From the NCBI GenBank assembly GCA_964016885.1, contig OZ024740.1, forward strand, positions 373,302,001 through 373,366,000: a stretch of DNA of 64,000 bases, in the 5' to 3' direction. Position 1 is the stretch's first letter. The number at the start of each line of letters is the position of its first letter. The notes beneath the pieces were generated by a model. It had not been told where the DNA came from, ran no database searches, and worked only from the letters and a program-made list of their open reading frames with translations. The DNA is from Eledone cirrhosa (Eukaryota). This document shows, piece by piece, positions 43,285-57,546 of the stretch. Position numbers and translations under genes: made by a program.

Positions 43285-43945
43285 GTACCACCAAACTCTC
43301 CTCCCTCTATGCCTATCACGAACACACTCTCTTTAATCCCCCTCTCTGTATCTAGTAAAACTAAACTCTGCTTCTCTCTATAAATATCTACACTTATCTC
43401 TCCTAATCCCCTTCTCTATATCAATCACTAGTAATCTCCTCTTCTTTATATCTACTACACGGAACTCACTCAATCCGCCTCTCTATATCAACTAACACCA
43501 AAGTCCCCCACTCTCTATATCTACTACATGGAAATATCTTCCAATCCCTCTCTCGAAATCAATTAACACCAAACTCTCCCCCTCTCTATATCTATCAATA
43601 CCTATCTATATCAATTCTCTCACTCTATTCATTAACACCAAACTCTCCCCCTTCTCTATATCTACTACATGGTTTCCTTTTCCCATTCCCTCTATATATT
43701 AATTAACACCAAACTTTCCTCCTCTCTCTATCTTCTACACGGAACTCTATTTTAATTCCCCTCTCTATATCAATTAATTCCAAATTCTCACCCTCTCTAT
43801 ATAGTACAGGGTGCTTTTTCCAATCCCCTCTATGTATATAACACACTCTGCCAACATTCCTCTTTATATCAATTGCCACCAACCTCTCCCCCTCTCTACA
43901 TCTCTCTCTCTCTATATATATATATCTACCAACTATCTCTACATA
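43285..43945. repeat. Pyrimidine-rich degenerate minisatellite (~28/57-bp period)
   Basis: Recurring AATTAACACCAAACTCTCCCCCTCTCTATATCTACTACA units. Confidence 0.8.
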
Positions 43946-44514
43946 ACATGCACAACAATTGTAGCGCATATAAAAATGGATGTGTTGTGGTAGATTTGGG
44001 GAAAGATATTACTGGAGGATTGGGGCTAGGCCCCCTGTCTCTGCCTCACCCCAGTTTCATCGACTCTGATATGTATGTATGTATATGTGGTTTGGTAAAT
44101 AAATATATACATATATATCAGGTCCGAACACAATGTAACTAAACTCCCACTGCCACTGCCTTCGTCTTTTCAGGTCTCCACATCTCTCACTATCATAAGT
44201 AAATGTGGGCCCATTTAGTGAACGACCTGAGAGGCTCCGGCGGACAGAATCGAAATAACGTTTCGCCGGAGGATGTTAAGGCATACGCGTTGGAAGTGGC
44301 ATTCCACCTCGCCAGCCACACACCTGCGAGTAGCAGAGTCCCTGTCAAGTACTGGTGAGTAGGGGGGTAGTTCGAGGGCCAAGGATACTTATATGGACGC
44401 GTGTGCGTGTATAGGGATGCTGACTATCCACAGTGCTCTTTTTATCAATGTGTGTAAGTATTTGTGTGATTTTGTGAAATTATTTGTCATTTTTTAATTT
44501 TCTACTGTAGAGCA

Positions 44515-44712
44515 GCGGATTGGCTGGATCAATAGGATATCGGGAAACATGCTTTCCAGCATGAGTTACGTCACTCAATGTTCTGAGTTCAAATCCTGCT
44601 GAGGTTAATTTTTCCTCGCATGCTTAACGATCCGATAAAGTACCAGTAACGCACTATTGTCGACATTTACCTCCTCCTGAAAGTGTTGGCCTTGTCTTTT
44701 AAACAGAAACCA
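44515..44712 (+). mobile_element. Diverged SINE S1-like copy
   Basis: CATGCTTTCCAGCAT..TTCTGAGTTCAAATCC..GATAAAGTACCAGTAA; a more decayed copy follows to about 44930. Confidence 0.65.
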
Positions 44713-47356
44713 TTAATGTTTGATTACTAAGTGGTGACTTAGTAGTATCGTTAACCCCTCAGACACATTTCTGTGTGGTGTTTATTCTGGCATTCTAAGT
44801 TTAATACCATCGAGATCCAATTTGCTTTTCATCTTTACTGCCTCGTTAAAATAATATAACGGACATATACTGAATGGCTATCAATGTCTCCTACTCCATC
44901 GAAATTGCAGGCGTTATGCTGAAATTAGGAATTAATACATCAGTTGTTCTAGTTTTCAAGCAGTCATATAAATACGAAAGCATTTGTTCAATATTATTAT
45001 TGAATCGTAAATGTGTTTTACCGACGGGCAACATATATAATGCCTGCTCTATGATGAATTTAATTTTGTTGTAAACATTATATTAGTAGAAAATATCTTA
45101 CTATGTACACTGGAGAAACATAATAGAGTGGTCAAAAACGTATCGGAATTTGGAGTGTCGTGTAAACAGAAACATAGAGGAACATAATATAATTGCTTTA
45201 ATACATGTATACTATAGAAACCATTATATATTTATTTTTATTTTTAAATAGATGGATGAATGCAAAATCGACGAAAACCGTATTTGTAAATGCGTAGCTT
45301 TCACGAAAATTAGGCTTGCTTAATAAGTCTATTTCCTGAAAATTCATTAATATTATAAGTAAAGTATAATGTATTGGATTCATGAAGAACCCGGACACTG
45401 GAAATTTGATGAGAATCTAATTAATTGTGTATGGCAGGCAACCATGAATGTCAATCACTCTCTGAGTTCAATAAAACACTATGGCTTACTGTCAGTAGTA
45501 CTGTAAGTTACACAACACCATTAGGAAATTAGACGCCAAAAGAAAATTTAGTGGATCATTATGGACGATAGATTTGATTCATTTTTTACATAAAAAATGA
45601 GAGCAAATATAAATTAAAATTTTGTTTAAGACAATATCATTAGGAAGACAATGACTAACTTTCATCTACACTTTCATTGTCTGAATATAAACAATTTTAC
45701 AGAGAATAAAGATATCGTGGAATTCAAAGAATGTGAAAGAATATAAATACATACATTTCTAATGTCATTGAATTAATTAGTTAATTAACATATATTAATT
45801 ATGTGTGCGTGTGTGTTTGTGCAAGTCTTTCTGTACGTGGAGGCTAATATTCTCAATCTCGCCTAATTAAAAGGCTGATAAGTGTGAATTATATATTACT
45901 CATTATTGTAAATAGGTAATAAATATACACCTCAACACGAAGATTTTATATTTAATTCTAAATTCAATATAATAATGTGATTTCGAGCATTACGTGCAAC
46001 ATAAGATTTTAAGAACATTAATTGAAGATTACGACATTTGTTGTGATTGGCTTTGCCAACAATTAAAAAGAAAATTTGTTTTCGCTTTAACATCGCCGAT
46101 ACGTAAATGCATTCATGAGTGACTAATAATAATATTATAATATTATTATTAATATTCAGCTAATTCGCAAGCTAACAATCTCATTACGCAATGCTTTCAA
46201 GAGAACTAACGTCATCTTTTTGTTACAGTTTATGTGTGTGTTTGTGTATTTTATATTAGTCAGAAAGTTTTCAGATAATTGAATACAGTATATTTTATCA
46301 TAATAACGCAAAATGACCAGCATCAAAATGACATACATTTATAACCATTCTAAATTTTGTGTTATCGATTATTTACTCCATAAGTGAAAATATCGTCCGC
46401 TGTCTAAAGCAAAAATATAAAAAAAATCCCAGCAACGTTAGTTGAGTGAAGAATTAAAGGTATATTTTGAATCTATTATTTAGCGTTTTCAGTAAATATC
46501 CACGAATCCAAATGGAAATTGAAAAGCATGTATAGAGAAGCGTATATTTCTATCCCTACATATATCTCACAAATAGAGAAATAACGAGAGAGGCTGAAGG
46601 AAAAGGACGAATAGAAAAAGGAGAGAAAGCAGATATACATATTACAAATGTTCTTTATTGTTACGTTATATTCCTGCAATATCAGGAATTGTTGGCAGAA
46701 TACAGTTGTGTAAGTACTACCTGAACGCATCTGGTAATGCTCATAACGTCACGTGGCTATTCAATTTTATTTAACTCTGTTGTTACGAGCATATCGTTTT
46801 AATAATGATAAATGCTTTGAGCTGCAAATACAAAAGCGCATTCCATATAATTATGATAAATGTAACAAGATATCAGATATGATTATGTTTGTTTATGTTG
46901 CTTCGTCCGTTTGGGTGTACGTGTGCTTGTATGTAATATTCTCTATTTGTATTTGTAGGCATGCGTGTATACATGTAGACGGGTGTATGTGAGAATGAAT
47001 TTGTTCTTATATGGATTTGCAAAATTCTGTTTAGAATTACCTTGTGCGCAAGTTATAGTATTATTCTGAAACTGCTTTAATATGATTTAGGATAAATTAA
47101 ATTAAATGGCTTGAGTTAAGCAGAAATACAAACGCCATATTATTAATAAATCACATTCATTTCAATACACGATTGCCAGCTTGAAAATTCTGAACTCACA
47201 CATATTTATATCTAAACATATCCCCAAATATTGATTGAGGGAAGTTTTGGGTGCAAGAGATATTCATAACAATACAGACCCAATGATTTCATTCATTTGG
47301 AGATTCAAAGAAAAAAGTTATAATGCATAAGAAACTAAACATTCAATATATATTAT

Positions 47357-47536
47357 AATTGTTTCTACTTTAGGCCCAGCAATTTCCAGTTCATTACTGG
47401 TACTTTATTTTATCAACCCCGTAAGGATGAAAGGCAAAGTCAACCTCGGCGGGATTTGAACTCAGATCGTAAAGGGACGTAACTATGCTGGAAAGCATGG
47501 CGTCCGACCCTCTACCGATACTGCCAATCCACCGCC
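47357..47536 (-). mobile_element. SINE S1
   Basis: Matches the consensus. Confidence 0.9.
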
Positions 47537-48885
47537 CTTATATATATTATAATGTATATTAATATATATATAATGTATATTAATATATATATATAATATA
47601 TATATAATGTATATTAATATAATATATATTATAATGTACATAGTTATCATTTGTAAACACCTTTTAATTTTCCCATTGACATCAATAATATTGCTAAAGT
47701 GCATGGGACAAAGTAAGATAAATGAGCGCGATGGCATTCTTATTAGAAACATACATGTGGTTTCCTTCTAAGGCATCATTATTCGTAGGCCGTGAAAATT
47801 TAATAAACATTCATTCGTACACATGATTATAAGATACAACTGTAGTTGCCGTTGCAACAGGTTGTCAGCTTCAATCAAGGTAATTTATCACAGAGGGTGA
47901 TCAAACCATGGAAACCTTGCTTTTAGAATATATTACATACAACATAACATCCATAAATTCCAGCTTGTAGAATGCTAAGTGCGTAAGATAAAATGATTTG
48001 TTGTACCCTTTGCGTTCTGAGTCCAAATGCAGCTGAGGTCAAATTTGCGACACATATTTTATGGGTTGATAAATCAAATAATTCTGTACAAATGACGATT
48101 CTTCTCAGTCATTTTCTAGATATTTCCCTGGACGTATTTGTAGATGTTAACAAGAATCAAAATGTTCAGCTTTGTTACATTGTTTCATCTAGATTTGGGG
48201 AGGCATTTGCATTTCGAGTACGTGTGTCTTAAGCACAATCAATTATTCATACGTTAATATGTCATAAAAATGAGGCTAATCAGCCCATATACTTAAGAGA
48301 AAAAACTATGTTTTTGGTATGTTTGAGTTTCAGTAGAAGAAGCAAGGAAGCGATGGGTGATTTTACAACGCACAAATAGCCAGAAACAGGACAGTCATTG
48401 TCTTCACCTTGCTTCTGCCGAAACAAGGTAAATGACGTCATTCATCACCTTTAAAATTTATAACTAAAGGCTTTCACATGTTTTTTCGAAAATATATCGT
48501 ATATTATTTGATTTACAAAACTCACTTAGACGCACTTATATAGTTATGTTCAAGTGAACATCGTAATTATAATTCATATTTAAGTTGAGCTGGTATAAAA
48601 CTACGGTTGCAAATGAGGATAATGAGCACATATCCGACTTATTTGGGTTCCAATAGGAGAAAAGAAAGCGGTTCCTGACTTTAATAACAGAAAAATAATC
48701 AAAAACAGCGCTTTTGAAAGGTTTCTGTTGCCTCAACTGGAACATATTAGATGACATCAGTCATCACCGTTTGAATTTATAAAGGTTTTAAAATATCTAT
48801 TCGTAATCATATCGATTAATATTCAATATACAAACCTCACATACACGTATGTTATGTTGGAGTGAACATTCATCCAAATTCTAGA

Positions 48886-49022
<137 letters not shown>

Positions 49023-50013
49023 CAATAAAGAGAGACAAACACAAATATATACATATATGCGTTCAAATGTTTTCCTTGAGCTATTTTAATTATGTATTGA
49101 GTTTTTAACTCAATATATACTTTTGATTTGTTGAGCTTTTAAATGTTGAGTGGTTCTGGCAGATATTTTTTAGTAGCTTACGTTCTACTCGACCCGCTAG
49201 TCACGGGATACCATGTATCTTTTTTTTCTCTTAACACACGCGCATTATCTAGTCTTCTAAGAAATTTAGTAGTGGGGAGATTACTGATCCGATCACCCAC
49301 TGACGAGCATTGGATTTGTAACGCCCTACACTTAATTGCGAAACATTTCTACCAAAAGATGCCTGTATGTTGATAGTTATCATAATTCGGTTTGTATTTC
49401 TTAATGTATCCTTTTATTTGAATCTTGCGAACCGTTGTATGCTTAGTTAGTCATTTCTTCACCCTGGCGTTTTACGTCCCTTGAGATTTGAACGTATATA
49501 TGTATGTATCTGTGTTTGTCTCTCATGATTGTATTATAAGGCTGGAATATTTTTTATTAAAAGGGAGTAGTGTGAGGTCTTAACTCAATATATACTTGCA
49601 GGGTAACCACGTGCGGTAGTCACTTCACTGCTAGTTCATTGGAACCCGGTGGGCAGCTGAGAACAGAAAACCTTTGACGAAATGGCTACCTTGTTCGATC
49701 GTTATACCAAAAGATTACAACAAAAGCAGACAGCATACTTGATTTAGGAGTCACAGAATCTCCCTTTGGATTTTACAAACGCTTTCCGGGAAGCTCCAGG
49801 TAATTATTTGTTAACCTGTTTAGCTTGTTGTTTTTTTTTACTACGGTGGATGTTGACATCACAGCCACTGTCTTTATTTTATCTGGCCTTTATAACACAT
49901 GTTAATTGCTCTGGTTTCTTCTTAGTCCATTGAACGCTTGCCAGCGTATCTCGAAGATTGGGTTTCGTTTTGTTTTGGCCACGGACGAAATACAATCTTG
50001 CTGAAATTATATT

Positions 50014-50064
<51 letters not shown>

Positions 50065-50152
50065 TAGCAGAATGACCCGGCGTTGCTCGGGATTCTAAAC
50101 ATAGATTGGCATGTTTATATTACTTATAAAACATTATAGCAAGAATAGAAAT

Positions 50153-50541
50153 AATTGTTTCTACTGTTGGCATAAGGCCAGCAATTGCACAGTACATTAC
50201 AGGTATCTTTATTTTATCGAGCCTATAAGGATGAAAGGCAAAGTTAACGTCGGCGGGATTTGAACTCAGACCGTAAAGGGACGTAACTATGCTGGAAAGC
50301 ATGGCGTCCGACTCTCTACCGATACTGCCAATCATCCACCAGCAAGAATAGGAATAATTGTTTCTACTTTAGGCACAAGGCCAGCAATTAACCAGTGCAT
50401 TACTGGTACTTTATGTTATCTACCCTGTAAGGATGAAAGGCAAAGTCAAACTCGGCGAGATTTGAACTCAGATCGTAAAGGGACGTAACTATGCTGGAAC
50501 GCATGGCGTCCGACCCTCTACCGATACTGCCAATCCACCGC
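50153..50541 (-). mobile_element. Two tandem SINE S1 copies (50153-50340, 50356-50541)
   Basis: Both match the consensus. AGCAAGAATAG(A/G)AATAAT flanks the first copy on both sides (50138, 50341). Confidence 0.9.
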
Positions 50542-51320
50542 TTGAAATAATAGCAGAGAATATGCAGAAGAGCAGAATAGCAGATAATATAGGTGTTATA
50601 TGTTATAAGTATTATAAGATATATTAGTTATAGGCGAAAATATTTAGGTGAAAAGTTGTATAATGTTAGTCATGAAGTTTGTGTAGAAAATAATAATATC
50701 TATAGTTTTGAAGTGTTATATTTGCTCTGTAGTATATCTGATATTTTACATTGAGCTTATAATATTACGAGAAATCGGGTAATACACAATATTACCCGTA
50801 TCTTATATCTAATTACATATATATATATTATATAAATAAGTATAACTATTATTACTAATATTATATACGGTATCTTTGCACCGAATTAATTAAAAGTTGT
50901 TTAGAATCGAAGTCAATGCAGACAGGCACCCAGACAGACATATATTATAAGCGTGCGACGTTATAGATAGGTATATAATGCAGACAGCCATACATACATA
51001 GGCATATTATAAGGGCGCGACCTTATAGCAATGAATCTATCTAAAAAGAGAGGTATATCATATAACCGGAAGTGTTGACATTTGAAAATGTTTTCCGCTT
51101 CAGTCCTCATCTGCTGAAAGCGACGTTAATGATCATCTTCAGACTGTGTTGATTTACTAACATTTTTTCTTCTGGAAAATCTGAACTTGCGGCCAGGCTG
51201 GGACTTTTTGTGTGGCATATCGGCAGTAACAATAACGATAAGCCGTCTGTGCTTTCGTGAAATAAATACGTTTGACAAAATTTTGTTTTTGTGCATGCAA
51301 AAATATCTGTACACGAATAA

Positions 51321-51376
<56 letters not shown>

Positions 51377-52122
51377 GAAATTAAAAGTTGGTTTAAAAAG
51401 TTCCATATATTATATTATGCGCATTTCGAAAACAACATCATCCTGGGACAAATATTGTGTTCTGATCAGATAAAATAAGGTAATATGAGGCCTAAAAAAC
51501 ACTTGTGAACAAGAAAGTGTCAAGTCAACATATAACAAAAATATAAGAGAAGAGAAAAAATAGGAAAAATGAAGTAAAGGAAAGAAGAAGGAAAAAAACA
51601 AATAGAAGAGAGGAAAAAGAAAGAAAGAAGGAGGAGAGAGAAAGAGAAAGAGAGAGAGAGAGACATACTTTTGATCGGGAACGCTGTCAAAAATGGAAAA
51701 AAACCTCTGTGAATAACGTCTAAAAAAAATAATATAAATCATAAAAATAAATAAATAAATAAATAAATTGATAAGGTGAATGGGCTAATATTACAAATAT
51801 TAGTAGTCTAGAATATAGAAACTGGGTATATCATTCAATATTGAGTTTGAATACTAAAGATTGGATTAAGAAGTGTAAAAATGTACTAATAAAATAAAAT
51901 AAAATAAAATAAAAATTAAATTAAAAATAATTATAATAATTATAAAAAAAGATTTTTTTAAAAATAAAATAAAATAAAGTAAAATAAAATAAAATATGAT
52001 AGACTAGAATAAAAAATAAAAATAAGAATAGTCTATCTATGTCAAAATAAAAAATTACTATTACAAATGTATATATGTCGGGTATAGTAATTGATTATTA
52101 TTTTATATCAACAATTTACACT

Positions 52123-52239
52123 TTGAGTTCAAATGCCGTCGAGGTTAACTTTGCCTTTCATCCTTACGGGGTCGATAAATTAAAGTACCAGTAATGTACT
52201 GGTTAATTGCTGGCCTTGGGCCAAAAGTAGAAACAATTA
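52123..52239 (+). mobile_element. SINE S1, 5'-truncated
   Basis: B-box to tail; flanking repeat TTATTTT(T)ATATCAACAA. Confidence 0.85.
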
Positions 52240-52507
52240 TTTTATATCAACAAGTAAATAAAGGAAATTGCTAGAAAGTTTTATGAACGTAGAAAGACAT
52301 ATGACGTCAAATATTGTTTACAAAATCTACGAAGGTTTGAACGAAAAGTTTACGTCAATAGAGAAAGAATGTGAAAGGCTTAATAATGCAGAGAAAAGTA
52401 GATTAATACATTGTAGAATATAATGAAATGTTTGAGAAAAAATATATGAAAAGATATATGTGTAAAAATATATATGTGTAAAAAATTAACCGTTATTAGT
52501 AGAATAA

Positions 52508-52695
52508 GGACGGTGGATTGGCAGTATCGGTAGAGGGTCGGGCGTTATGCTTTGCAGCATAGTTACGTCCCTTTACGATCTGAGTTCAAATCCCGCCGAG
52601 GTTAACTTTGCCTTTCATCCTTACGGGGTCGATAAAACAAAGTACCAGTAATGCACTGGATAATTGCTGGCCTTGTGCCTAAAGTAGAAACAGTT
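52508..52695 (+). mobile_element. SINE S1 with 17-bp TSD
   Basis: GTTATTAGTAGAATAAG at 52492-52508 and 52693-52709. Confidence 0.92.
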
Positions 52696-52853
52696 ATTAG
52701 TAGAATAAGTTATAGGACATTAGCCGTATACTTTGTGAGAGGTCTTAAAATAGTTATGAATACAGAGACCAAATAAGTCCGTACGTCTATTTATTAAAGA
52801 GATGAAATTTGAGATAATGGTAAATTTTTCAGCTAGACATATATTACAAATCC

Positions 52854-52928
52854 TAGATATGGAAGCATTGGAATAAGGTAAAGCGTTGCAAATTTTACGC
52901 CAAGAGATTTCGTAATTAATGTTTTTGT

Positions 52929-52974
<46 letters not shown>

Positions 52975-53049
52975 CCAAACACATTAATTACGAAATCTCT
53001 GGGCGTAAAATTTGCAACGTTTTACCTTTTTCCAATACTTCCATATCTA
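52854..53049. repeat. ~78-bp inverted repeat around a (TA)n spacer
   Basis: TAGATATGGAAG..CGTTGCAAATTTTACGCC..GAGATTTCGTAATTAATGT, with its reverse complement at about 52971-53049. Confidence 0.85.
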
Positions 53050-53545
53050 TATCTATATATATATATATTAAAATAACAGATTAAAGTTTAAGCAAAGAAT
53101 CGCTGCTTTCAGCCTTCTGAAACTAAACAAATCAATCTGTGAACGCAGAACTAAGTATTTCGAAAAACGTTGCAACTGGAGGAAAACAGGAAGACGATAC
53201 TTTGGTTCGTGAAGGCGTTCCTTGGCAATGAGAACTATATTTGTCATAATATCGTAATGCAGACAGCCAGCCATACACACATATATTATAAGGGCGCGAT
53301 CTTATAGCTATGCATCTATCTAAAAGGACACACTAAGAAAGAGAGAGAGAGAGATCGATAACCGGCGCCTAACAACGGAAAACTGAAACATAAAACTGCA
53401 GTTAATATCTTGAGAGCGCAAGGAATATATAAATGCGAGTTTAAAGTCAATCGGAGTAGAAATGTGGATTTGTATAGAGTTTGCGAAAAATAGAATTCAC
53501 ACACACGCAGATAATTTCCGTTGTATATATATATATATGTATATG

Positions 53546-53704
<159 letters not shown>

Positions 53705-54024
53705 TTAAGGATACTATTTATGTTATGTAGAAATGTGGATTTGTATAGAGTTTGCAAAAAATAGAAAACACACACACGCAGATAATTTCAGTTGTATATA
53801 TATATATGTATATGTATATATATAGCGGCGATGAATTAGTTTTGCGAGGTTTTTTATATGAAATCGTGTGTCGAAACAGATATTGTTATATTTGGGGAGG
53901 GTCATATTTGCGTAATATTGCCAGAATTAATAACAGAACACACTCACTGTTTGGTTGGTTTTCGCTTCTCGCTGTCTTTTATATATATATATCTGCGATC
54001 TAACTTACTCGGTCCTCAACTCGG

Positions 54025-55070
54025 TCCATACACCAGAGTATAACTGTAACTATAGACTTCCCTTCCAAACACCATAACAATAGACTACCTGTATTAGACA
54101 CAGAACTCTGGATTAAGACTATAGACGAGAGAGCCCAAATTCTCCACTCACACTATGCTAAACCCATGGCCTCCAAATACCTGATACTCAAAAACTCAGC
54201 AATGTCCAGTAGTGCTAAGTTTAATATTCTGATCGCAGATTTGTGATGAAGAATGTGTCCAGCATGTGCGACCCAACAGAAATGGAAGGACACATCCAAC
54301 ACTTCATCAACCGCATGCAGTTCTCTGGCTACAACCAAAGAGACAGAGTCAGAGTATACGAAGGAGCCATGGAAAAGTATAAGACCCTCATAGAACTGGA
54401 CATGAAAGGAATTTGCCCACTATACAGGAGCAAATCATGGAATAGCTTAGATAGGGCTAGACATAAGATAGGGAAGGCCACATCATGGTACGACAACCAG
54501 AGATATCAGAGTGTCATGTTTGTGGACGCCACCCCTGGAGGGAAATTAGCTAACCAGTGTAGAAAGGCCCTGAGAAAGACCCACTTAAAAATAAAGGTGG
54601 TAGAAAAGCCAGGAACCACCATAAAATCCCTGATCAGCAAAACCTACCCTTTTAAGAAAACCCACTGTACCAATAGGAAATGTATCATATGTAAGGTGAA
54701 CCCCCGGATAAACTGTAAAACTAGAAACGTAGTCTATAGCATAAGATGTACAGAGGGTACTTGTAGAAACACGACAACAACATACATAGGTGAGACAGCT
54801 CGTAGCATAGGTGAAAGGATAGACCAACACTGGGGGGAACTAAAAGGACGAAAAAACGGGTCAGTACTATACGAACATGCTAGACAACATCATGACGGTA
54901 ACATAGACAACATAGAAATTAGAATAATATCTAAACATAGGAATGACCCAGCAGATAGGCAAATCAGAGAGGCCAGTGAAATAGAAATTAGAAGACCAAA
55001 GCTAAACAGAAAGAATGAGTGGAACAACAACAACACCCAAACAAACAACACTGACCTAAGAGAAGTATAA
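54025..55070 (+). pseudogene. PLE RT C-terminus/thumb + Cys linker + GIY-YIG endonuclease, 5'-truncated
   Basis: CTNRKCIIC, VVYSIRCTEGTC, YIGETARS..RIDQH..EHARQHH, REASEI..LN. A 7-nt deletion near 54243 relative to B1 (DLVRVMK) shifts the frame. Confidence 0.88.
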
Positions 55071-55320
55071 ATAAATAAGTAAATTAAATTAAATAAAATA
55101 AGATAAATAAATACATACACAAGCACATAAACACACACTAGTCACCCAGCAGACACAACACTATACACACTAGTCACACATCACACACGCAAACGCATGC
55201 GCAAAGAAGACCAAATAAAATAAGATAAACAAACAAGCAAACAAATAAATAAATATATAGACGGACTGAACAAAAAAAATGGCGTAGACATACAACACAA
55301 CAGGAGGAACAATGAATATA

Positions 55321-55362
55321 ACACCACTGACGATGTTGCAGATGTGCAACGAAAGATTTATG
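55321..55362 (+). ncRNA. Hammerhead-like motif, family B
   Basis: Identical core to the other four B copies. Confidence 0.68.
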
Positions 55363-55579
55363 TAAACTATATATATATGTGTTTGTCTATATTGTATCTG
55401 TATTATTTTATTTTTGACCGCCGGTCAGTCAATGGCAACATTGAGGACCGAGTAAGTTAGATCGCAGATATATATATATAAAAGACAGCGAGAAGCGAAA
55501 ACCAACCAAACAGTGAGTGTGTTCTGTTATTAATTCTGGCAATATTACGCAAATATGACCCTCCCCAAATATAACAATG

Positions 55580-55611
<32 letters not shown>

Positions 55612-56617
55612 GTATTAAGGATACTATTTATGGTTATGTATATACTAAAACCTTTTATAGTTATATATATTTTAAACCATAAATAGTGAAAGACGGTAAT
55701 TTATTACTACTTTATTACCAGTAAGATAACTAGCTCAATGTAATAACATCAGTTGTTCTACAGAGCAGTTATATAGAAATAACATGAATCAAAGTTCTGT
55801 TCAAACCATTTATTCGCTTAATATTGTTTCTTCCAAACTGAGGTTTGGGGTCTTCGTACCAATTTTTCAATGATTGTTTACATACATGACCTCCTTTCCA
55901 ACACAAGAGACATACAGAAACATATGTATATATTGATGCACAGTGGGTTGACATCCATTATAATATTTTAGCATGGCAATTTGCATTCAAAGATTAAAGT
56001 CATATCAAAAGAAAACAAAATTAAAGTTAAAATACAACATTGGCAGTTTACGAAGATAATGCAAGAGGATAGTTAGAAGTAGTTAGTGTATGCAATAGTT
56101 ACACGTGGGGCATGCACGTGTGTATTATTTATATAAGATTATATCCTACATTATTTCGTCTTTTCCCAATCTCAGTTCTTATATTGTATTTCTCCTTTGC
56201 AGGCATACTCACATGTATTTTCCAAAATTGTTGACCGGAGCTTAAAGCGTATACTGTTTTTTAATGAACTTATATCTCATTTTACTTATTTTTAGCTCAT
56301 TTTCCAACATTCTTGTCACTTAATCTCTACTCTGTCTCAATTCAATATCCTTTTCTTATTTTTCCTTCTTAAATAACATTGCCTTGGACAGAACGGAACT
56401 ATAAAGAGGTACACGCACGCGCACGCACGTGCACGTGTACCCACACACAATACATATATATATATGTATATATATTTAGGTTAATAGGAGCTAGGTATTG
56501 TATACCCGTGTCCCATTAAGGTATTGGCAGCATAATAATTAGCTCTATGCTTTGGAGCAGAGCCGTATATATGATAAAGAACACAAGAGCGTCTACAAGA
56601 TCAAAAGATTTTTATTG

Positions 56618-56662
56618 GCTTACAATGTTTTTTCCTTACGTAACCGTAGGGTTCGTCAGAGC
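56618..56662 (-). ncRNA. Decayed hammerhead motif (family G PLE-like 3' end, about 56478-56900)
   Basis: Minus strand: GCT-CTGACGA-A-CCCTACG gtta CGTAAGG-AAAAAA-CATTG-TA-AGC. Stems are intact but the GAAA core reads AAAA. Confidence 0.55.
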
Positions 56663-57498
56663 TATAAAAGGGGTTTGATTGGTGTTATGGACTCTACCAA
56701 CCACACATTCAAGAACAAAGAGTAAAGAGAGTAAAGAGCAAAAGAAGGGGACGATAAGTCTAATTTTGGTGCGGGAGGGTGGAGTTTGGGTCCTTGTTTA
56801 CTAGCTGCGGTCATATTCATTCCGGGAGTCGAGTGGTTAGCTTAACCATAGATGGGGTGGCGTCGATAGTATGGTGCAGAGGGTGTGCAGAGGCTACACA
56901 AACACAAAGGGCATACAATATATATATATATAACGGAGGAGAAAGTACATGAGGTAATTAGAAATGGAAAAAGAGTAATAATAATAATCTATAATTAATA
57001 ATGTATAATAAGGCATGGGGAAGATTACACTATAATAAGGTATAAAAGTAAGAATAAGGTAAAATATAAAGGAGGATAAAAGTGGAAATAATAAAGATAA
57101 AAAATATATATATGTACAAAAAATATATATATATATAGAATATATAAAGAAATATAAGCGAATATTTGGAGGGGAAAACACAATGTAAAAAAAACGATTT
57201 TTTCAAATAAAAATAAAAATATTATATTTATGGTGGGAGAAAACGGGATAGAGAAATATGATCAAATGTGATTAGTTGAGAGAATATAAGATGATAATAG
57301 TTATGTCAAGTTTATACATCTTAATAATAAATAATCTGTGTATCAGAGTTACAGAACCTTCAATTCACTTACAGGTTCAAGCCACGTGGCATAGTCCATT
57401 GTTTATCTGTGCGGTCATGCGCGGTTGTTTTTGACACCACAGCAGATGCACAAGTTCGTAAATTCCAATGCAGATAGAAATCTATTTTTACTCACCCG

Positions 57499-57546
<48 letters not shown>

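Larger units (their letters stand above)
50064..53530 (-). mobile_element. Probable non-autonomous Helitron (extent uncertain)
   Basis: Minus-strand 3' end: hairpin CCCGAGCAACGCCGGG (50091-50076), 8 nt, then CTAG|T (50067-50063). A plausible 5' region TATATATACAAC(G/T)GAAATTATCTGCGTGTG lies at about 53505-53530, duplicated at about 53775-53800. Internal repeats at 50914-51045 and 53256-53325. Confidence 0.55.
53825..55578. mobile_element. PLE family B, insertion B3: inverted pair (short minus arm 53825-54019, long plus arm 54020-55578)
   Basis: The plus arm reads SIHQSITVTIDFPSKHHNNRLPVLDTELW..HYAKPMASKY (late RT), then ORF 54243-55070 through the GIY-YIG domain. Confidence 0.94.

Noticed and set aside
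51101-51146. CTGAAGATG on the minus strand as a possible HHR
   Set aside because: No compatible stem II, GAAA and stem III arrangement was found.
51500-52060. A-rich/purine-rich tract giving a Phe/Leu ORF
   Set aside because: Low-complexity (AAAAT)n and (GA)n sequence.
52508-52600. tRNA-like A/B boxes
   Set aside because: They are SINE heads with a shared body, tail and TSDs, and no full cloverleaf.
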